Shown: piece by piece, positions 1 through 7,800 of the stretch
Position numbering within the stretch: the first letter of the stretch is position 1
Layout: every line of letters starts with the position of its first letter
From: Zygophlyctis sp. KS116
Taxonomy: Eukaryota > Fungi > Chytridiomycota
Assembly: GCA_054661495.1 (NCBI GenBank)
Contig: BAAFSQ010000343.1
Location: 1 to 9,797, forward strand
Direction of reading: 5' to 3'
Length of the DNA: 9,797 bases
The notes under the pieces: model-generated
What the model was told of the DNA's origin: nothing
The model's input: only the letters and a program-made list of their open reading frames with translations
Database searches by the model: none
Made by a program: the position numbers and the translations under genes

Positions 1-1088
1 ATGAATCAAGAAATGATGAATTGTTTTGATCCTCATTTACTCTTGGAAATCCATTCAAAGAATCCAGATCTCTCTAAAACTCTAAAGAAATTCACAAATT
101 TAAATGACAAATCAAGAGAAATTTATAATAATCTGTCAATCCTAGGAAAACCAGTAGTTCAGAAAATTCAAAATAATTCTGCTTCAAGTCAGGATGAATT
201 GCATCTAAGGAAATTAGCATTATATGAATACTCTATAGGTGCATACCATGAAGCAGCAGAGAATTTGTTTTTTTTAACAGTCTCAAAATCTAAAATTATT
301 AGAAAAGAGGCTCTATGGGGGAAATTGGCTTGTGAAATTTTATTGAAAAATTTTAAAGCGGCCGAAAAAGTACTAGAGGCGCTAGTAAAGGAAGTGGATG
401 AAAAAGATTATGAAATTGCGCTAAAAGAACGGGTTTTTTTATGTCATTGGGTTCTGTTTTTAGATGTTTCAGTACAATTAGACTTGTTTTTTAAACCGGC
501 TTATATGAATGCAATTCAAATGGCGTCTCCTTGGTTAATGAAATATGTGATTATGGGTGTTTTAATCTCTAAAAAATATATAAAAGAAATGGCAAAACTT
601 TTATCTTGTGAATCAGATAAAGAAAATAAGGAGGCTACAACTGGATTCTTTGAAGCTATTTATTGTGGTTCTTTAGATCTTAAATTTGCTTCTGAACAAT
701 TGGAGAAATTTCAAGTTTCTAAAGATTATTTTTTAGAAAAAAATGGGATTGATTTGATTCAGTCTTGTCAAACTATAATTTTTCAAGTCTTGGTAAAAAC
801 TCACTTAAAGGTAGATTTAGGGAAAATAGGTTCATTGTTACATTTAAATGATAAACAAGTTGTAGCATGGATTCAAAATTATCAAAAGACTCATTCTAAT
901 GTGGTTTTGGATGATAAATATGTAATTTTTAAAATTATAAAGGATAGGTGTCAATCTTGAAAAAAAAGAGTTTGACGATTGGGAATGTAATTGACTATTT
1001 AAATCAATTTAAAACTAATGGTTCAAATCCACTAGGACAATTGGAGATTGATGATTCTTTTGTTGGTCCAAAGTACGCTATCTCCTAA
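1..1088 (+). CDS. EIF3E: Eukaryotic translation initiation factor 3 subunit e (INT6, PCI domain), divergent and shortened; join(1..921,948..1088), 353 aa
   Basis: Recalled eIF3e motifs occur in order: FDPHLL (cf. FLDRHLV), TNLND (TNMVD), YEYSIGAYHEAAENLFF (FQYECGNYSGAAEYLYF), ALWGKLACEILLKNF (SLWGKLASEILMQNW), ERVFLCHWVLF (QRTWLIHWSLF), AYMNAIQMASPWLMKY (QYLNAIQTMCPHILRY), KDYFL (NDFFL). Removing 922..947 extends the frame by 46 aa (VSILKKKSLTIGNVIDYLNQFK...PKYAIS*) to TAA at 1086-1088. The family call is stronger than the 3' end call (unspliced stop at 960). Confidence 0.88.
922..947 (+). other. Spliceosomal intron, 26 nt (eIF3e)
   Basis: gtaatttttaaaattataaaggatag; GT-AG, phase 0; removal opens a 47-codon terminal exon in AT-rich sequence. 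Branch motif is weak. Confidence 0.7.
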
Positions 1089-1154
1089 ATTCAATTTATG
1101 ATCTGACGTAATATACTGTCCCCTTAATTTCCCACTTTTCATTGACTACTCTTG

Positions 1155-1740
1155 ATGCCAGCTGATTTAAAAAGAGAAAAGAGAATCCCAAACACTGTTC
1201 ATGCTGATGCTATTTGGTACTTTGATCAGTTAATCATTTAGGCGGCAAACGATCAATTATGAATTGTCAACAGCAAATAATTGGAAAAATACTTGGGGAT
1301 TCATGGTTAATCTACAGGTAACTATCAATTTATTAAACTACAAGTCCGATACTCCTGTTAGTGACCATCAGAAACTTCCTCCAATCACTTCAAATCAGTA
1401 TGCTTCAGGATTAGCATCTAAATTACCACCAGGTCTAGCGGATTCAGAAGATTCGATTGTGTCCGATTGGTTATGTTCTCATAAAGTGTCTAGTATTATT
1501 TCACATCGTCTTCCTGAAGAGAAATATACAATTCCAGTAACAACTAGCTCTGAAATTGGATGGCCTTGGAGAGATGTAAGCAAACAACTGGGAATTGCAT
1601 TGCCTCCAATTCCCAACGACTCTAAAAAACTCAAGGCTGTTACCGGTCCAGTCTCTTTGGAAAGATACGGAAGAGTTTGGACAAGAGGACGGGGGGATGC
1701 TATGAAATGGTTTGGCGGGTGCAGGGAATCACTACCATAA
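1155..1740 (+). CDS. CIMIP1: C20orf85/LLC1/CIMIP1-like ciliary microtubule inner protein; join(1155..1216,1242..1317,1345..1740), 177 aa (186 aa if the second intron is retained)
   Basis: The spliced N-terminus MPADLKREKRIPNTVHADAIWRQTINYELSTANNWKNTWGFM matches the recalled human C20orf85 motif NLVGQDEIWKYRLKAESEARQNWPQNWGFL. C-terminal PVTTSSEIGW...LERYGR resembles the family PxTTxxxIGW motif. The ATG is at 1155; the ORF track's TTG start at 1264 is internal. Confidence 0.75.
1217..1241 (+). other. Spliceosomal intron, 25 nt (CIMIP1-like intron 1)
   Basis: gtactttgatcagttaatcatttag; splits the conserved Trp codon TG|G of DAIW; TTAAT branch-like motif; needed to join the ATG exon. Confidence 0.88.
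1318..1344 (+). other. Candidate in-frame intron, 27 nt (CIMIP1-like intron 2)
   Basis: CAG|gtaactatcaatttattaaactacaag; good donor context, AT-rich, typical size; AAG acceptor; reads through as VTINLLNYK with no stop. Confidence 0.6.
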
Positions 1741-1744
1741 TAAA
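1739..1744 (+). promoter_or_regulatory. Candidate polyadenylation signal AATAAA overlapping the stop codon
   Basis: Sequence cca TAA taaa gives AATAAA at 1739-1744; could be chance in AT-rich DNA. Confidence 0.35.
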
Positions 1745-1806
1745 AAAAGTATTTTTGAACTTTTTATCTAGTTTCATATTCTAAACTTCTAAATTCCTAA
1801 ACTTTT

Positions 1807-4800
1807 TCAGTCATTGTCGCTTTCATTATCAGCAATCTTTAACAAGACCCTTCGGACATAATCACCAACATTTCTTGAAGCACTGGGTCCCAATGATTTC
1901 ACATAATCATTAATGATCTCTTGTGAAGTATTTAATTTTAAGACGTGAACAAGAGCTCTTTCTGAAGACAATTTGACAGGAATAGTTCTATCTCGAACAC
2001 ACGACATTAAGACGGGTATAGTTTTTTCTAAATCTAACAACTGTCTTGATTAGTATATGTTAAAGAGTACAGAATGATTCATCTTTGCAATCTTCTTGAT
2101 TGTAATAATTGACTCGCGGCGAGTATCAGATGGCTTTTCTATATCCTTGATAATATTGAGAATAACTTCAATCAAAACAGTTTCAAATTTAAAAGATCTA
2201 AAATTATCATCGATTAGAAGTTTAGAAGCTATGAGTACTGATGTGTGAGATATCGCAGTCTATATAATTAGAAAGATACATTTCATACTTTATCATGGCT
2301 TATTCCAGCTAAAACTGCCTTTATCGTCTCGTCGACAAATCCAGTGTCAGCCAAAAGTTTTGGAGTTTCATCCAGAATACTTTTTAAAATCAAAAGACAA
2401 GAGTGAATCATAATCCATGTTGTAGTATCTGTAGTGACCGGACGAAATACATAATTTCTACGATTAGCGAAAAAAACATACGAAAGTAATTCTTTTGCTT
2501 TCGAGACATGGATTAGAGATAAATATATTCCAAAGCACTTTGTAGCATATTCTCGAACATAATCTAAAATTAATCGCAAATTTTTCACCTTCTCCATCTT
2601 GATTGTTTAATATTAGAGACAGGATCATTTTTTCCAATGACAGCTTACTTGAATCTATGAAATCTCGGCTGCTATCTTTGACACCTTTGATAAGGTTATA
2701 GATTGCTTGCAAAAGTGCTTGTCTGACTCCCTTATCATCGGAACTTTGGCAAGTTTGCACTAATTCAACAAGAAGAGGATCTAGCCTTGGTTGAAGAGGT
2801 ATCAAATATGAAAGACATTTGGCTAGCATGAGTTTTAAGAAATATACCTGCTGTATCCCGAATAGGATATGGTTCAGTTAAAGACTTGACAAAAGTTCTT
2901 TGTAATTGCGGCAGGAAAGGGCGAAGCATGATTGGAGACTTCTGCAGCAGAATTCTAGTTGAATAAAACTATATAATCTTACCCCAAAGTTTTCAAAATT
3001 GCCGTTTTAACTTTTGGACTGAATTTGTCCCCTATGACTCTGATCAAAGGACCAGTTATCTGAATGACAAAAGGTTTAAGAGCTTCTAATGAGGTTCGAT
3101 TGACGATATCCCCCAACGCGAAAGCCGATGCCTCTCTAACATCAGAATTGCCAAACATAAGCCCCTGTAAAAAAATCGGAAGGAATGGATTTAGCCCCTA
3201 GTTATTAAAAAGAAAATTAGTCACCTTTGGCAAGTTCAATCCTGGAATTGGCGAAGTTTCATCCAGATACTGGGCTGCGTCGTACAAAGCCTTTTGGCAT
3301 ATCATAACATATTTATCCAAATTTTGCTTTTCTATCGTTTTAACAAGAGCTTCTATAGCTTCCCAAGAAGCCAGCAAGAGCTTTTGCCCCTCTTTACCAT
3401 TTAATAATGAAATTAGATTCGAAAGCCAATCACCATTATAAGAACTTAAATCTTCTTTGCAATTTTCATAGAACAAACGAAGAGTGGTACACACAGTAAT
3501 CCTTTTATTTTCCGGACCAAGTTTCATGGATTCAAATAAAGTTGTCATAACATGATGAACACTATCTTCACCGTAAATATTTGAAAGGAGTATTCCCAGA
3601 GTTTCTTCTATTGTTGAAACTGCGTCGTCTCCCTGTTCTAATCCGACCATAAGAGCTGGCAATATATTAGTTAAACGTCTAGATATTGATGATCCAGAAA
3701 CTTTGATCAAACTTCCCAATGCATTAGCATTAAACTTGGTAATTGGGGTACTTAAAAGACTAGGTAATAAAATCGGAAATACGGAGTTTCCTCTTACTTG
3801 CATTAATTCTTGGAGAGCTGCTAAAGATAGCGAGTTATCCGTTTCGAATCTTAATTCGTTCAGGAGATCTGGAATAATATCGTCTATTGCTTTACTTCCC
3901 ATAACATGGTGGAGCATTTCAAAAGATTTTGCAGCAGCCTCTCTCACTTGCCCATCAGAATCTACTAATGCTTTCTTGACTAAAGGAACGTATGAAGGGG
4001 CGAATTCACCGATTTCTTCTCTGCCACTTGACAAAATTTCAGATATTCCAACACAAACCCCTTGGCGCACACAAGATTCTTGACTTTCAAGACCAGTTGT
4101 CAGAATAGGAATGATTTCAGTCATAACTAAAGTTCCCAGTTTTTGAACAATATCGCCTAAAGCTTTCGCAGCGATCATGCGCTTCTCTTGATTCTCACTT
4201 GCCAAATTTGAAATCACAAGTTTGATGAGGAAAGGCAGAATTTCTTTAAGCGTTTTCGGTGTATTCACAACTATTGATTTCCAAACTTGCAGAGATAATT
4301 GGCGAACAGCAGAAATAGAGTCATTGCGAATTAAATAAAGACATGATAGAATTTCGAAGAATCTGGTCTCCCCAAAGGCATTTATAAGTGCCTTTCTTCC
4401 CGTTTCAGTTCCGGAGTCTACTTCATCATCAATCACAGTAATAGTTTCAGCTTTTCCAGAGTATCCTGCCAACTTAAATAATAATTCTCCAAGCAGCTGT
4501 AAGCAATTTAGACGATTTCTCCAATTTTCACTGAATACTCCGATTTCTAACTTTGGTAGAAGTAAGTCTATTGCAGTCTCTGAATAATTGTTAATAATCA
4601 CCTGAGCAGATTTCATTCCTACTCCACGTACAGAATCTGCTTCATCAGAAAGCCCGTCCAAAATGGTAGGTATGATTCGTTCTAAATAAGGAGTAAAACT
4701 ATCACCATGCGTGACGGGCAAATATATAAACATATTCATAAAACCTTCCTTTATGTGCAAAACGGAGCTTGATGCATAATTGACAATTTCTGGAAGGAGT

Positions 4801-7800
4801 AATTCTAATTTTGGTAAACCCAATCCAGCAATAACTTCACTTAGACCTTGGGCAGACCCGCTACGATCTACCGCACCATTATCGATCTTGAGACTTTCCA
4901 AAAGATCTGATACGAGATTAGGAAAGTTACTCTCTCCAAGATTCTCTACTAGAATTCCTAATGCCTTGGCTGAAATAGCTCTTATCTCAGGGACTGGATC
5001 TAGTAATAATTCTCTTAGACCTGCCAATAGTACGGGCAAGTAGGTGATAAGATCTTGCTGGTAGGTGAGGGTTACAAGATTTCCTATAATTTGACCGGAC
5101 TTACGCTTAATATCGATCCCCCTCTCCTTAAAAGCTCTTTTTAATATTGGCAACAAAAGAGCCAAAGATGGAGGGTCCAAATAATGAGCGAATGGTGTAT
5201 CCAAAACAGAACTTAAAGCCGAAAGTGTATTCTTGGTTGGGTCCACTAATGCATCTATCAGAGTTGGTACTAATGCTTGAATTTCTGGGTTTTTAATGAT
5301 TTTTCCAAATTGGTAGAGACCTTGCTTTCCTGCCTCTTGCACTTTAACATGCGTGTCTGATAATGTATCACATAAGCAGGGTATAATAGTTGGAAGGTTT
5401 TGGCTAAGCTGTTTAGGAGCCAAATATGACATGCTACCTAGCATATCTATACTTCCCGTTTTCGTTCGCCAATTTCTATCCTGAAGACCTTCCAAAATCC
5501 TCGGTAGTATCAATTTAATACAATGAGCCGATAAACTTGACATGATTGTTCTGGATGTGCATGAAGTGGCGTCTCTAACCTCTCTCGAAGAATCACCAAA
5601 ACAAATAAGAAGAAGTGGCATAACAGCTACTATATATGGCTCAAACCTTCTTCCCAAAGCCAGCGATAGAGTTTCATAAGCAAACAGCGCCCCTTCGCGC
5701 TTTGTGATATTTTTCTTGTCTTCTATAGCTGTTTTTAGTTTTTCTAATATTTTATAGCTTCTAAGGGTAGAGAATCCACTACCTTTAATGATTCCTGCAA
5801 TTCCAAAAGCGGCTCCCTTTCTTTCTCCATATTTAGGAGACTCTAAAAGCTGTGTCATCAAAACATCCAGTAATTCGGAAGCTTGCTGAGGCTGAAGTCT
5901 TATCAAAGCAGGTAAACAATTTCCTACTGCCTTTTGGACAGACTCCGACGGCGTCTTAAGAGTTTCTACAACTTTTTTGATCACTTCTGGAATTAATTCA
6001 TCGTTGGCCTTTAAATGGCTAGCAAGAGTTCCTGAAAACAGAACAACCGACTCTCGTATACTATCGTGATCTCTCGCAGCTTTTGCCGGCTGAGTTAAGT
6101 ATCTATCAAATATAGGGAATAAATTATCGACATTTGATTTGCCATGCTTTTCAATAAATTTGATTCCAACTTCTCTCATCAAAGTTTGTACTTGACTATC
6201 TCTATCACCTAGTGCTTCGCCGCTAAAAATCAAAAATTCGAAAATTTCAGAGATCATTTTACCGTCATGGACTACATCAGCTATATTTTTAAGGGCCATT
6301 GCGATTCCGCATCTCTCCGCAGCAAAGTTTGTTTCGTCTAAACTTTCGGGGATGAGCATGCCATAACTATCATATTTTGGCTCTGGTAAAGCTGCTTTGC
6401 TTTTATAAAGACAAAACAATGTATGAAGAGATTCATCTAACACGTCTGGGTAAATTGCTAAAAGTTTTGCCAAACCAATTGCTGCATTTGCTCTCACTGC
6501 GGATATTTCATGCACTAATATATGAATTTTTTTAGTATTACCTGTGAGATTGATTATATGATGGACAGAGTCCTTAAGAATAACTGAATCTCCATTTAGA
6601 TCGAACCAAATTTTCTGCGCTTCCATAGCGATTTCTTGTTGATCAGAAAGCGAAATCCATATTCTAAGATCACGCTCATTCACAATCTCAGAAGAGAAAA
6701 ATGTCACATAAGACAATGAAGATATGCATGCTTCTCTTACGCAATCTTCATCGCGTAGCAGTCCATCTAGAAGAATAGAGGTAAGAGATTTCATTTCTAA
6801 TTTTTCCTCTGCCACTCCATCCGCAGCTTCTTCTACAATATCTTCTATAGCATTGGAAGCTGACATAATTAAAGCAGCCATAGCATCCTTCACGGAAGTT
6901 CTGAGCCCCTGAAAATTGGAAATAATTTCAATTAAGCAATTGAGTATTTCCTTACGAGGAATTTCTGCAAAAGACCCATCTAAACCTGAATGAACAATAA
7001 TTAAATCTGATGCTAAAATACAAATTTCACTCCAGATATTTGAAGTGAATGATGATATTTGTTTTTCCCGGAATATGATAGACTTCAATAGTGGAAATAG
7101 AAAATTGAAATCAGATACACACATTTGATTACTACCGGAAAATTCCTCCTGTAATTCCTTTATTAATTTCAGCAAAAATTCTGATGATTAAATTTGTGAG
7201 TAAAACTCTTACCTGAATAATTATTAGTTATTTTTGGGGAGGCTAAAAAGGATCCAATATTCTCCAACTTCTTACACAAAATAACACAAGAAAATAATTC
7301 ATCTGCATTCATGTTTGGAGTCCCAGTTTTGAACAGTTGATAAATATTTCTAAGCAAATTGATCGATCGGGTACCATTCAATATAATATCCCAGACTTTA
7401 GGTTCATTATCTATTAGAAAGCTGTCGATAATATTTAAATGTGCAAAAAATGAATTGAGAATTGATTGCAAATACACAAAAAAAGATTGCTTTGATTCCA
7501 TATCCAAACTATGAGAGACCCCCTTCAAAATAGAAGTAATGATGTCTAATGATATTTGGGTTTCAATTCTAGCATTTTCAACTATTCTTCTTCGGTCAGA
7601 TTCAATTTTTAACTGCTGAATAATCAATTCCTTCTCCTGCTTGGTCAATTTCATATTTTTTTGATTTCCGTGATTCTTGAGCTCTTTCTTAAGCTCCATC
7701 TCCCATTTTTCGTCTGCCGTCTTGGGTACATCTCGCTTCAATTTAAGAATTGGACTTTCATAAACCTCTCCTTCAGGCAGGGACCATATGGCTAAATCCC

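Noticed and set aside
1098-1106. Minimal ORF ATG-ATC-TGA upstream of the CIMIP1-like gene as a regulatory uORF
   Set aside because: Expected by chance, and there is no evidence it lies in that transcript's leader.
948-1154. RFX X-box upstream of the ciliary gene
   Set aside because: I found no match to the GTNRCC-N0-3-RGYAAC consensus by eye.
1089-1806. Both intergenic gaps being exactly 66 nt
   Set aside because: The two sequences are unrelated and the gene orientations differ; treated as coincidence.
3703-4083. 126-aa plus-strand ORF
   Set aside because: Antisense shadow of a GCN1 exon; non-ATG start; no recognisable motif.
4780-5043. 87-aa plus-strand ORF
   Set aside because: Antisense to conserved GCN1 HEAT repeats; non-ATG start; no independent evidence.
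6724-6912. 62-aa Ser-rich plus-strand ORF
   Set aside because: The Ser/Phe richness is the reverse complement of Glu/Arg codons in GCN1.
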